Numbered from the stretch's first letter, positions 33,401 through 45,558 are shown. The stretch is DNA of 64,000 nucleotides from Ranitomeya imitator (GCF_032444005.1 NC_091283.1:187674001-187738000), one strand, 5' to 3'. Numbers and translations are program-made. Notes: generated by a model not told the origin, from the sequence alone.

Positions 33401-36177
33401 CTTTACTAACCCTTTTGGCCAGGAGGTCCAACCTTCCCTGCTCCACCTGCAAATCCTTTTTGTCCTGGAGACAAATAGCATAACATTAATATAGCCTGAT
33501 GTACATGGAGAACAAGGGCCTCTTTTAGTTTCTACTTGACACCACCAGCACCATTCTGCTTGATAAACTGCTGATCGCGGGGGTCCAACTGCCAGGACCC
33601 TCACCGCTCCTAAGAAATGCGCTCTGAATGCCCCCCACATTGGAATGTAATGGTGGTCACGCATTTGTATCAGCACGCTTTTCATTCTCTATGGGACTGG
33701 ACGGAGATAGCGATGTACCCTGCTGTCTTGGCAAGTCCTATAAACAATTAATGAACCTGTGACATGCATGCGTGGTCATTGCTCCATTCTAACAGGACAT
33801 TTCAGAGCTCTATTTTCAGGACCTTGGTCCCAGTGTTCGAAATCCCATGGATCAACAAATTATGACCTCTGCTATGAAAGTAAAAGTTGACAAATTTGGA
33901 ATTACCCTTTAATCCCAAAAGAACCCACAATGGCTACCTCTATGATACATATGTTCAGTTATTGAAAATGTGGTTGAGTGCTTTTACTGATTCATTATCA
34001 AACAAATACCAATATTTTATAGATACTTACTGGTGGCTACAATATAGGACCTATCAGTGGTGGACAAAGGCAGTAGAGGGTCCTTTGCAACAACAGTATA
34101 TGAGCCCCTTTGTGTCAGTGACAAAAGTTGCTTTCTGTTTCGGAGGTGGAAGTGGCCCCCTGATCTCTGGGCCCCTCTGCAGCTGCATAGGTTTCATCAA
34201 TGGTGAGTCCTCTCCTTGGGGCTAACCTGTATAACCCATAGACTTTCATCAATATTCGCTTGGTACTAACCTTTCTCTCCTGGTGGCCCAACATCTCCTT
34301 TTTGACCTGGAAGTCCAGGATGACCAGGACAGCCTCGAAGAATTGACAGTTTATCTGAATCCCCAATCCCTAAAATTTTCACTTCTGTCGGTAAAAAAAA
34401 AGTTACATAAATGTATAATGTAACACGAAACCATGCTAACGTGTAATAAACATTTAAATAAATATGAAATGAAGACCAATCATCCATACAAGTCAACGGC
34501 CAGGAACCACTCAACTGTATAAGGAGTAATGATGAACGCTGCCTAATGAGTAATGATGAACACAGCCTAAAGAGTAATGATGAACACAGCCTAAGGAGTA
34601 AGGATGAACACAGCCTAAGGAGTAAGGATGAACACAGCCTAAGGAGTAAGGATGAACACAACCTAAGGAGTAATGATGAACACAGCCTAATGTGTAAAGA
34701 TGAACACAGTCTAAGGAGTAATGATGAACACAGCCTAATGAGTAATGATGAACATAGTCTAAGGAGTAATGATGAACACAGCCTAATGAGTAATGATGAA
34801 CACAGCCTAATGAGTAATGATGAACACAGCCTAAGGAGTAAGGATGAACACAGCCTAAGGAGTAAGGATGAACACAGCCTAAGGAGTAAGGATGAACACA
34901 GCCTAAGGAGTAAGGATGAACACAGCCTAAGGAGTAATGATGAACACAGCCTATGGAGTAATGATGAACACAGCCTAAGGAGTAATGATGAACACAGCCT
35001 AAGGAGTAATGATGAACACAGCCTAAAGAGAAATGATGAACACAGCCTAAGGAGTAATGATGAACACAGCCTAAGGAGTAATGATGAACACAGCCTAAGG
35101 AGTAATGATGAACACAGCCTAAAGAGAAATGACGAACACAGCCTAAGGAGTAATGATGAACACAGCCTAAGGAGTAATGATGAACACAGCCTAATGAGTA
35201 AAGATGAACATAGTCTAAGGAGTAATGATGAACACAGCCTAAAGAGAAATGATGAACACAGCCTAAGGAGTAATGATGAACACAGCCTAAGGAGTAATGA
35301 TGAACACAGCCTAATGAGTAAAGATGAACATAGTCTAAGGAGTAATGATGAACACAGCCTAATGAGTAATGATGAACATAGTCTAAGGAGTAATGATGAA
35401 CACAGCCTAATGAGTAATGATGAACACAGCCTAAGGAGTAAGGATGAACACAGCCTAAGGAGTAAGGATGAACACAACCTAAGGAGTAAGGATGAACACA
35501 GCATAAGGAGTAATGATGAACACAGCCTAAGGAGTAATGATGAACACAGCCTAAGGAGTAATGATGAACACAGCCTAAGGAGTAATGATGAACACAGCCT
35601 AAAGAGAAATGATGAACACAGCCTAAGGAGTAATGATGAACACAGCCTAAGGAGTAATGATGAACACAGCCTAATGAGTAATGATGAACACAGCCTAAGG
35701 AGTAAGGATGAACACAGCCTAAGGAGTAAGGATGAACACAGCCTAAGGAGTAATGATGAACACAGCCTAATGAGTAATGATGAACACAGCCTAAGGAGTA
35801 AGGATGAACACAGCCTAAGGAGTAATGATGAACACAGCCTAAGGAGTAATGATGAACACAACCTAAGGAGTAATGATGAACACAGCCTAAGGAGTAATGA
35901 TGAACACAGCCTAAGGAGTAATGATGAACACAGCCTAAGGAGTAATGATGAACACAGCCTAAAGAGAAATGATGAACACAGCCTAAGGAGTAATGATGAA
36001 CACAGCCTAAGCAGTAATGATGAACACATCCTAGGCAGTAATGATGAACTGCTCATTATCACTTGCTGTCAGCTAAAACTATGTATAAATATATAATAAG
36101 TACTCACCAGGACATGTCTGATCACTCCTACAGATCTCAAAAACCATTCCAAGCAAAAGTAATATTGCCATAAACAT
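24451..36177 (-). CDS. Ficolin paralog B (signal peptide, collagen-like stalk, fibrinogen C-terminal domain), 8 exons, 305 aa
   Basis: Exons 36108-36177, 34271-34384, 33411-33464, 30871-30909, 30051-30178, 27813-27942, 25635-25769, 24451-24698. All GT-AG; total 918 nt with no stops. [26 protein letters not shown]...RGCPGHPG...[10 protein letters not shown]...EFWLGN...STKDEDND...[15 protein letters not shown]. Confidence 0.92.
24995..25633 (+). mobile_element. Solo LTR-like element inserted in the ficolin B exon 7 donor
   Basis: CCTG duplicated at 24991-24994 and 25634-25637. TG...TA ends. TATATAAA at ~25365 and AATAAA at ~25387. The terminal 69 bp are duplicated (25492-25560 and 25565-25633). 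Confidence 0.75.
26171..26897. mobile_element. Palindromic Harbinger-type MITE
   Basis: TTA duplication at 26168-26170 and 26898-26900. TIR AGGCCCCTTCACA / TGTGAAGGTACCT. Confidence 0.85.
26996..27735. mobile_element. Palindromic Harbinger-type MITE
   Basis: TTA duplication at 26993-26995 and 27736-27738. TIR AGGTACCGTCACA / TGTGAAGGTACCT. Confidence 0.85.
27997..29622 (-). mobile_element. Full-length Tc1 element with long (~270 bp) TIRs; transposase frameshifted
   Basis: TA duplication at 27995-27996 and 29623-29624. TIR begins CAGTACAGACAAAAAGTTTGGACACACCTTCTCA. Transposase lies in three ORF pieces (28771-29208, 28535-28756, 28160-28510) with [11 protein letters not shown] and SPDLNPIE. 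Confidence 0.95.
29805..29860 (-). mobile_element. L2-type 3' tail fragment
   Basis: Reverse complement of TTCTCATGTACAGCACCATGGAATCAATGGTGCTATATAAATAAATAATAATAATA. Confidence 0.7.
30270..30436 (+). mobile_element. L2-type 3' tail fragment
   Basis: GAATGTAAGTCCGCAAGGGACAGGGTCC ... CATGTACAGCACC ... GGTGCTATATAAATAAA(TAA)n. Confidence 0.75.
31296..32975. repeat. 35-bp minisatellite, ~48 copies, ficolin B intron 3
   Basis: Unit GATGTACTCAACAGAGCCATGTGCTGATGCTGTAT, highly homogeneous. Confidence 0.95.
34522..36050. repeat. 24-bp minisatellite, ~63 copies, ficolin B intron 1
   Basis: Unit AGGAGTAATGATGAACACAGCCTA. Confidence 0.95.
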
Positions 36178-36250
36178 GACGGATTCAAAAAGTGTATACT
36201 GGTCTTCTGGACGGCACAGGCACTTTCTAAATAAATTTGTAGACCTGCAC

Positions 36251-36259
36251 ATTTATACA
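36251..36259 (-). promoter_or_regulatory. TATA-like box, ficolin B
   Basis: TGTATAAAT on the minus strand about 75 nt upstream of the ATG, at a position similar to the ficolin A TATA box. Confidence 0.45.
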
Positions 36260-37142
36260 CATACCTCTTGACCTCTACTGTTAATTCTAAGAGCACTGTA
36301 CTAGACCTGTAAAATATTTCCCTAGAGACTGGATGGGCCTTAATTATTTACTTAGCAAATTAACTCATTCTCTCCAATGGTTGGGTGTTCTAGCAGAAGT
36401 AGTCGATAATTTACAGCAATCAGCAGGGTAAATCCAAACAAAAACTTCTTGTGATCACATTGGTGGAGTCTGTAATCTCTAAGTGCTGCTGCTATCCCAT
36501 CATTTTAGAAATTCCACCACTGCCATTTTTTTAAAAGTTTCCAAGATGTGTCTGGAGATCTCTATTGTCTGGATGTCCGCTACTGTGACTACCTCTACTA
36601 CTGTGATTTTTTTGCAACAGAGTGTTTTTGGTTTTACTGTGCTTTTTTGTGTTTTCAAGTCTCTTGGTGGTGTGAACATGTCTCTACGGGCTTGTTCACT
36701 GTGCGCGCAGCTCATGTGTTCTGGTTTTACATTATTGTTTTCTTGTGTCCACAAGACTGGGGAGGCCTCCACCCCTCTTTTTTTTGAGCTGTGCGCACAG
36801 GAGCCGTTCTGTCCAGCGTGTCCACATGGACATTCCTTTTCTGAATCCTGCTCATACAGTTATTGTACATATGACCAGGTTTTAAATACATCAGATAGGG
36901 ATTACATACATTAGCTAGGACTGCTCTGATACGGGTATACCTTGACGTTTGGTAGAGCGGCTTAATATACATTTTTTGCAAAAAACGTATCAACCAAATA
37001 CCCTGTTTTTTCCATCTTTTTACCAGCACTTGCTGTCCACTGTGATTTTTTTGCAACAGAGTGTTTTTGGTTTTACTGTGCTTTTTTGTGTGACTACCTC
37101 TTGTAGTGAATTAATCTTCCTCCTTGCTCTACTGTAGGTAAT

Positions 37143-37332
37143 TGGTCCTCTGCTGCTTAAAGTACCTGCGCAGGCTTTCCTTGGTCCTCTGTTTCTTGAA
37201 GTACCTGCCCAGGCTTTCCTTGGTCCTCTGTTGCTTGAAGTACCTGCCCAGGCTTTCCTTGGTCCTCTGTTGCTTGAAGTACCTGCCCAGGCTTTCCTTG
37301 GTCCTCTGTTGCTTGAAGTACCTGCCCAGGCT
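37143..37332. repeat. 39-bp tandem repeat, ~5 copies
   Basis: Unit GGTCCTCTGTTGCTTGAAGTACCTGCCCAGGCTTTCCTT. Confidence 0.9.
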
Positions 37333-38459
37333 TTTGGGCTGCTTTCTAGTCTCTCCTTTTGTGGCATTTTTAGTTTTATCTAGTTTTGTACTTTTGATCC
37401 ATCGCAGACTAACAGCACCACCCTTAAATTAACGTTGTCCATACACATTAGACAACAGTTAGGGTGACCGCTATCTCTCCAGATTCCCTCTTTCATGCTT
37501 TCATGGGAACACCAGGGTCGGCAGAGCGTTCTTGTGCTTCCTTTGGGTAAAATGAGCTAATAGCCCCCATAGATATTGGATGCCAAAATAGACATATTCA
37601 GAATATTTATGTCTGGTGTCATTGGAGGCCATAAGAGTGGAGGAGGTAATGGTACGGATCTATGACATTCATTGGCTCTTATGGGGATCGGGTTGTCTCA
37701 TCGATTTATATACAATGTGTGCCATGTTATATTACGTACTGTATTACAACCCCTGGTAAAAAATAATGAAATGGCTTCACTTCAAGGATGGTCACACAGT
37801 TTGTTTTTTTTTTCATGGATTGACACAATGGAGAAGATGAATAATTTTTTTCTCCATCTTCTCATCAGTCAAGAAAATCAGAGCACATCCTGATCAGAAT
37901 TTGATCACTGTGTGAGTTGCATAATTCTCTCTTTGATGTGAAAATATATGGCCTAATGATGAGCAATATTTTGCATCAACTTTGTAGAATTTTTGTAGAA
38001 TGTACATTGTCCACATGAATTCTGGGCCACTGTGGTTACATCAGTAGAAGGGAGGATAGGTCTCCGTTAATATGTCTGGGAGAACCAAATGCATAGGCCA
38101 CTATTTACGAGAACTACAAACAGAAGGTCTATGTCAAAGGTGTTACTATTGGCCTTCTGGTGGGACACCAGGCACTGGATGCCAGGAGGTGCCAATAAGC
38201 CACTCTGCATTAGCCAGGGTATGTAGATACAGGGCTTTAGCAGAAAAAAATATATTTTTGTCCCAAATTAAGGAAAGCCTACTGCCAGAAACCAATATCC
38301 CGTACTCTGCTGGTCTACCACATCCATACCTAAAGGGATATTTAGCAACATACAAATATAAAATTAATTTAAAATAATCAAAATTACTAATGTAACAGTG
38401 TTGAATATTATACCATGTTCTCTGTTGCAGATTGTCAGCTTCCAGCAGAATCATCAGTA

Positions 38460-38830
38460 GTCAGAAAATTATGCTGAAAGCTGAAAATCTGCAACAGGTT
38501 TTGTTCCAGACTACATTTCTTTATCTCCCTGCTTTGTTTTGTCTTCTTTCTCCTGTAATCTTCCATGTTGCATCGATGAAGATAATGGTCGCAGTATGTG
38601 CCAAATAAAACAATTTATTCTCCCTCAATGTCAGAATACTGATTATTCTGCTGAAAGCTAAAAATCTGCAACAAGATATGTTCTTAACTATATTGTATGA
38701 CCTCTCTGGTTTGTTTAGTCTTGTTCTTCCTGTAATATTCCATGTTGTGATGGTGCAAGTAATGGTTTACCATGGTTTTTCCCACAATATCTGAGTGCTG
38801 ATGATTCTGCTGAAAGCAGTAATTTGCAAC
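38460..38830. repeat. Degenerate ~160-175-bp tandem repeat (2-3 copies)
   Basis: GCTGAAAGC..AA..TGCAACA recurs at ~38473, ~38650 and ~38810. CCTGTAAT..TCCATGTTG occurs twice. Confidence 0.55.
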
Positions 38831-39316
38831 AGCCTCAATGTCAGATTCCCTCATCAAGCATCACTTACTCTTTCATTCCAAGAAAGGCAGAGTGCTTCCT
38901 CCTCTTCTCCGTCAATGATGTTCTTGAAGGAGACAGGTAGGAGAAATGACTAGATTTGCTAATGAACAATGTCAGATACAAAAGCAAGAAATGATTCTGC
39001 ATCAATTAAAAAAAAACAAAAAAAACAGAAAAAATCCTATATAATATACCGTAACTTTTATTCCTATAATTAAGAACAACATGCAAATTTAGTGGAGGAT
39101 AAAAAGTATATATATGCTATAAAGAAGAGGGGTTGTGACCTGTGATTGGATTTTTAATATATCCCTGAAAACTTATGAGTACACTGGGATGGTTGAGGGA
39201 TTGCGCACATTTACATTCCCCTTTGTATGTGTTTTGGTACCTATCTAGATTCTTGAAAAATCCATACAAATATTTGGAAATTCACAAATTTCTGGGTCAG
39301 AACCTCTGTGATTATT

Positions 39317-42300
39317 TCAAATTGCCCTGATCTTCATTTCTGAATGCTTGAACGAGTACTTAGATCCTCTTGCAGTAGTCCAGATAATACCCATGGCACT
39401 GTGTGTCTGTTCTCCTATGTGGTATAACCCATTAAGGTTTGCTTTGTGACAGTTGTTGTACCACCAGCCACCTTTAAAGAGTTCGGAACAACTCATCCCA
39501 TAAATGTCATTGTCTTGATCTTTAGTACTGAACTTCATGTTGTTTAGATCTCCCATGGAATCACCTGCAAAACAACAGAGACATCGGCTAGTCATGCACT
39601 AATTACTCAGGTTTTACATCTACTGACTTTATGCTATGAAAACTTTACTATATACAGTTAGTGACCTACATAGAAGAAAGAGGGACCCGTAACAAAGATC
39701 AACATGTCCCCTATTCCCAAATTATGGTTTTACCATCAATGACAGAAGGGCTTTTCTTTTGTTTAGCCCACCACACCCTTCCATGAATCAACATTTTTCC
39801 TCCGGAGAGTCCTGCACAGGTTCCCCCCACATCCCCTGTAGACCTACTACTTGCAGTAACCCAGCATATTGGAGGTAATTTTGGATTCCAAGTTAAACCA
39901 GTTCACGTGAAAGACTTTTTGCCCAAATTGACTCTCACCTGCGCTTCCTTCCTTAAAGGCTCCAAGTAATAACTCATATTTCTTAGACTCATCCAAGACT
40001 TTGAAGCTTGCATACTTGGCGAACACCTTTTTACTTTCAAAATCTTGAAGGTCCACACGAAATTCCCACGTTCCTTTAGAAAGAAATATATACACAGGAA
40101 CTTTAGAAAATGGAAGGTATAATGGCTTAAAAAAAACTATAGCAATAAACTTGTCTAAAAGTGGTGGGCATAGGTCACAGCATTTGGGCTAGCCCCTCTG
40201 TTCCTTCTTATGACCCATAATTGACTTGAGAAGTATAAACCACGACTTAAGGAGATGTTGAAACAGATAACGGTCAGCCCGACAAGGGTTTGGCCATTAG
40301 CTATCTTATGTATTGTAACATTGCTACTCACTTGATCTGAGGTATCACAGGAACCGTTTCTATATAAAGTCCGACTGGTTTATTTCAGTTCTCAGAAATC
40401 ACATCACAGGATGACTTAGAGCCTCTGTCCAGCACAAAGTGAAACATAAAGTAACACATCCATACAATAGTGCTGGTCATCCCGCCTAGCTTAGAGTCTA
40501 GCTTCTTAGTCCTTTAGGAAAGGCATTCAATCCAGGAGATCTGCACACCTCCATACACACTGACATCTTTGAGACAAACAGGTCTCATTTTACAAAGAAA
40601 ACCACACCCAGGTGTGGAGAGATCATGAGCAGCCATTTCTCCCAACTTTTCAGCTGTTCACAGTTAACCTGTCATGGCCGATTAATCCCTTTTAGTCCTA
40701 TATATACTAAATCATTACTACAGGTTTATCTCCCATCCACTAGGTGTTAGACAGCCACCTTACACTATGTTCCACTTCTACACTACTTAGTTATTGGGTC
40801 TGACCTACAAGAGATGGTGACTCTCCACAAGAGAAGGTCCATAACAAAAATACAGACAACTAAAACTTAGAGTATCTAAACCTTTTTTTTTCATCATTGA
40901 TCAGCCTTTCCAAAGCTGTGAATCTGGGTAATATACTCTATTACCTTATTTTACTTCCTACACTTTCAAATGCCATACTAAAAGTCCTGTTTTACCTGCC
41001 TAGTTCATGTTCTTTTAGAAGCTGCTTTGAACTGCTGCTCTATCAAATATCCATACCCGAACATTATATACAAACACTCTTAATGTCTGAGCATGGGGAA
41101 GGGGAGCAGAGAAGGCAGCGAAGGGTGAGTGCTAGTAAAGAGTGTTTGAGGGGCGTCTTCAAGAGCATGAAGTAGGCAGTTAAAACAGCACTTCCAGCAT
41201 CAAGTTTGAGAGTGAAGGAAGCAAAATAAGTTAATGGAGTATATTACAAAAAAAAATCATAACTTTGCAAGGGCTGATCAATGAATCAATAAAATCGGAG
41301 AGTTACTAGTTAGGTTTAAGCTCTACTTTCCCATTCAATGAAACATGGACAGATGATAGAGCACATATCCTTAAATAACAGAGGACCAGATAATCTAGTC
41401 CAGCCTCTTATCGACCCTTTTACTTTGGATGCACAAAACAGGTCACGTAATAACCAGAAAAAAATCAATCAAGAAATCATCATTACCTGTGGAAGTTATT
41501 TGATGAATATTTTCATTCCCCAGCCAAAATTCATTCAACCGATTTCCAAACCCGTTCTTATAATCATCCCATGTGCGGAAAAAATCCACTGATCCATCCC
41601 AACGTCTCTGTATCACCTAAAACAGTAAAAAGACCGGAAATGTTCGAGTCATGACAACTTATTGGGGGCAAGTAGGAATAGACCTCGTCTAGACCAAAAA
41701 GTCCATAAAAAAGCTACCACTATCCTAAAAACTATACGGGCCCGATAACAAAAACAGAGTTGCAAGGGCCTTGGTACAACTGCTACCTCTGCACCCATAT
41801 TGCTGCACCCCTGCTACCAGTCAATAGGAAAAGATACTATTGAGATGGGTCCAAAGTTTCCAGAAAAACCTTCTCATTGTGATGTGTATACTTACAATCC
41901 ATCCCCCTCCATCTGTGTCCATATCGCACAGCACCTTCAGAGGCTGGCTGCCATCTGGGTATATGGTGTACCAGTCACTGAACACTGACCCCTGATTCTG
42001 TTCTTCTTTGCAGTTCCTGGCAGCTATAACACATATATAACAATAAAACTTCATATAAAGGTGCCGACTGCTTTAGAAAATTATTTTCCAACAATCTTAA
42101 AGGGAACCTGTCACCCCGTTTTTTCAGATTGAGATAAAAATACTGTTAAATAGGGCCTGCGCTGTGCGTTACAATAGTGTATGTAGTGTACCCTGATTCC
42201 CCACCTATGCTGCGAAATACATTACCAAAGTCACCGTTTTCACCTGTCAATCAGGCTGGTCAGGTCAGGTGGGCGTGGTGACATCACTGTTTCTTCCCCA

Positions 42301-45139
42301 GCTTTCCGTTGGTGGCGTAGTGGTGTGCGCATGTCCAAGTGCCGAATCCACTGCGCGCAGGTGAAGAAAAAGCGCGCGATCTGCGCTATTACCCTTGTCA
42401 TCGGTGGGGGCGGCCATCTTCCTGAGGCCGCGCGTGCGCACATGGAGTGCTCTGCTGCACGGGGCTTCAGGAAAATGGCCGTGGGATGCCGCGTGTGCGC
42501 AGATGGAGATCGCGGCGGCCATTTTCCCAAAGCCGAGTTTGCATCTCAACTTCAGGAAAATGGCCACCGCAATCTCCATCTGCGCTCGCGCGGCATCCCG
42601 CGGCCATTTTCCTGAAGCCCCGTGCAGCAGAGCACTCCATGTGCGCACGCGCGGCCTCAGGAAGATGGCCGCCCCCACCGATGACAAGGGTAATAGCGCA
42701 GATCGCGTGCTTTTTCTTCACCTGCGCGCAGTGGATTCGGCACTTGGACATGCACACACCACTACGCCACCAACGGAAAGCTGGGGAAGAAACAGCTATG
42801 TCACCACGCCCACCTGACCTGACCAGCCTGATTGACAGGCAAAAACGGCGACTTTGGTAATGTATTTCGCAGCATAGGTGGGGAATCAGGGTACACTACA
42901 TACACTATTGTAACGCACAGCACAGGCCCTATTTAACAGTATTTTTATCTCAATCTGAAAAAACGGGGTGACAGGTTCCCTTTAAGGGCATTTTGAGTTA
43001 ATAGAGAGTTGAGCCATGACCCGGGATTCAGAACCCTTTTAGTCAAAGAGAAAAAATGGGTGCAAATAATACTCAGGAGGACCCCACATCTGTGAACACA
43101 CAGACAAACCATAAAGTAAAACAAACCCTGAGTGCAGTACTTCATTTCCCCTGTGGGAGTGCTGTGGGGAAAGTAGAACACTTGCTGAGAGGTTCCTTCT
43201 CTGTGTGATCAACTTATTGTCAGAAGAATCCTTCTGATAAGAGGAGATTGGCTAAAGAAGACAATATTTTTTTTAAATTCCATGTATAACTTTGTGAGGC
43301 ATAGACCGGTCATTTCCTTTAGTTGCTTCACAGCTTTCGAAGCCTAAAACAGTTTGAAAGAAGTTACAAAAGAAGGAACATGTGTACAGCTAGTCCGTTT
43401 TGACATTGCTGTGCATGTGCTTATTATTTTTTTGACGTGTTTTTAGCTCTTTATCAGGTGGGCGCCAGAAGGAATCCGCCTAAAAAAACTATTTAGAGGC
43501 ATTCATATATGGTCAACTTGGGATATCATAGAATCCTAGAATGTCAGAGTTGGAAGGGACCTCCAGGGTCATAGTGTCCAATGCAGGATTCACTAAACCA
43601 TCTCAGACTTCCATTGAAGGAGAACTCACCACCTCTCGTGGCACCAATGGGCTAAAGAGAGTTTTCTTTTTTGTCTTTTGTTGTTAGTTTTCATGGTTTT
43701 ATTTTTTTATTCTGTTGCTGCTTAGTGACTAGTATTTTGGACAATTCAGATCTAGAATAGATTGTGGAGCAGCAGAAGACATTGAGTTCTCATTTAGACA
43801 TTTAACTTACTGTATGCTGGCTCAATAACACCACTTTCCCCTTTCTCTCCTAAAAGAAAAATATATAAATGTATAAGAAACTTTATAAGAGCAGTTTTTA
43901 TCCACCACAGCTTTCCAGGTTTGCTACAACAGTGCCCATAAATAAGATGTTTGCTGAAATATCAGGGCTTCTTGCTCTAGCTCTGTCCACATGACGGCAG
44001 CCATGTTAGCAGCTATGGGGTCATGATTTTGTCACAGAGTCACCCAGGCTTCATCACAATGCTGATTCTTTAATCGTTCCATCCTTTTTTGTTCCTGGTG
44101 GCTCCTTTTATGAAGCCTCATGTACACAACAGAGACAGGGACCGATGCGGTATGGAGGCACAAAGTTCTGGACTCACCTGTTTTCCCTGGAAGTCCAACG
44201 ATTCCTGCAGGTCCCATTTGTCCTGGAAAATAAAAAAAGCAATATTTATACACAGTGAAGTGGACCCAATAGCCAAGATTAAAAAATTAGGCCATTTTTA
44301 GGTTTTGTTTGAAGGCATCACATCCCTGAGAAGGGTCTCGCCCTTTAATAAAAAGGGGAGACGACCAATCTAGGGCCCGGTAGAAGCCACATGGGCTTTC
44401 TCTATGGCAGGTATGCACATGTATAGTAAATCAAAGGGGTCTAGAATGATAAAACATTTGGAAATATTCAATAAATATTCATTGGAAACTACAATATAGG
44501 ACTAACCCACACAACCCATAAACTGTAATAGTTATTCTCCATGTGCCAACCTTTTTCTCCTGGTGTCCCAACGTCTCCTTTCTGACCCGGATGACCAGGA
44601 TGACCAGGGCAACCTCGAAGAATTGACAACTTATCCGACTCTCCAATCCCTAAAACTTTCACTTCTGTTAGAAAAAAAATTTGTTACAAAAAATCTATTG
44701 ACTATAGTAATGCAAATATGTAATAGACATGTTTTTTGTAAGGTTATAGCTGTGGTCACACAGTCTGATTGCATTTTGTTTTTCCTCCTATGAATTGGTA
44801 AAAAGTGCTGCATTTTTTCTTTTAACTATTTTGGAATCATTTATTTTCCAAATATCATACAATTATAATGTGTAGTTATGGCATTAAAAGTAATGATATC
44901 ATGCTCAATAAGACCTACTGCCAGGAAANNNNNNNNNNNNNNNNNNNNNNNNNNNNNNNNNNNNNNNNNNNNNNNNNNNNNNNNNNNNNNNNNNNNNNNN
45001 NNNNNNNNNNNNNNNNNNNNNNNNNNNNNNNNNNNNNNNNNNNNNNNNNNNNNNNNNNNNNNNNNNNNNNNNNNNNGGACTGATCGCTGCTACAGAGACC
45101 AGAAACAATTCCAAGCAACAGTAGTACCGAGACACACAT
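39317..45139 (-). CDS. Ficolin paralog A, 8 exons, ~302 aa (end of exon 1 falls in the assembly gap)
   Basis: Exons 45077-45139 (runs into the Ns), 44551-44664, 44178-44222, 43811-43849, 41896-42023, 41487-41616, 39939-40073, 39317-39564. GT-AG junctions and continuous frame. [21 protein letters not shown]...RGCPGHPG...TARNCKE...[15 protein letters not shown]. Confidence 0.9.
42101..42981. mobile_element. T2/Kolobok-type palindromic MITE (881 bp)
   Basis: TTAA duplication at 42097-42100 and 42982-42985. TIR AGGGAACCTGTCACCCCGTTTTTTCAGATTGAGATAAAAATACTG. Near-perfect fold-back across the whole element. Confidence 0.9.
43525..43643 (-). mobile_element. CR1-type LINE 3' end fragment
   Basis: CATAGAATCCTAGAAT tail repeats followed by GAGTTGGAAGGGACCTCCAGGGTCAT, the reverse of a CR1 3' end. 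Confidence 0.65.
44929..45076. other. Assembly gap (148 N)
   Basis: Run of N. Confidence 1.
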
Positions 45140-45217
45140 GATGGCCTCAAGAGATTAGATCCGTCTTCCAGAACTCCACCAAAACTTCCCGAATAAGTTT
45201 GTAGCTAAGACCTTCCC

Positions 45218-45226
45218 TTTTATATA
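45218..45226 (-). promoter_or_regulatory. TATA box, ficolin A
   Basis: TATATAAAA on the minus strand about 80 nt upstream of the ATG. Confidence 0.6.
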
Positions 45227-45558
45227 GTTCGTGTGACCCCTAATGTTCCTCCCTGGGGAGCCGCACTCTCCCAGCCCTGTCCGTCTGAAATATTTTCCAA
45301 ATATGGTACACGAGCCTCAATTCTGATAAATCTAACGCACACCCTCCAATGATTATTTTAGTAGAAATTCTTGGCCACGTACTGGGATCAGAAAAAGAAG
45401 TCCGGGCAAAAACATCTTCGCGTGATCACGTTGGTGGAGTCTGTAATGGTGGTGATATCTCTGAGCCCGGAGTAAATAGATTTGGTAGTCTCATAATTTA
45501 GTAAATTGGTGGATGTTGTAATATTTTAGATAGATTATTAAGTGGTTTTCTTCTTTAA

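Noticed and set aside
31296-36050. Regular short repeats superficially like CRISPR arrays
   Set aside because: The units are head-to-tail with no unique spacers, lie in introns of a vertebrate gene, and have no cas genes nearby; they are minisatellites.
34546-36096. 516-aa plus-strand ORF (RSNDEHSL)n
   Set aside because: It is a translation of the 24-bp minisatellite, antisense to a ficolin intron, with no unique domain or splice support.
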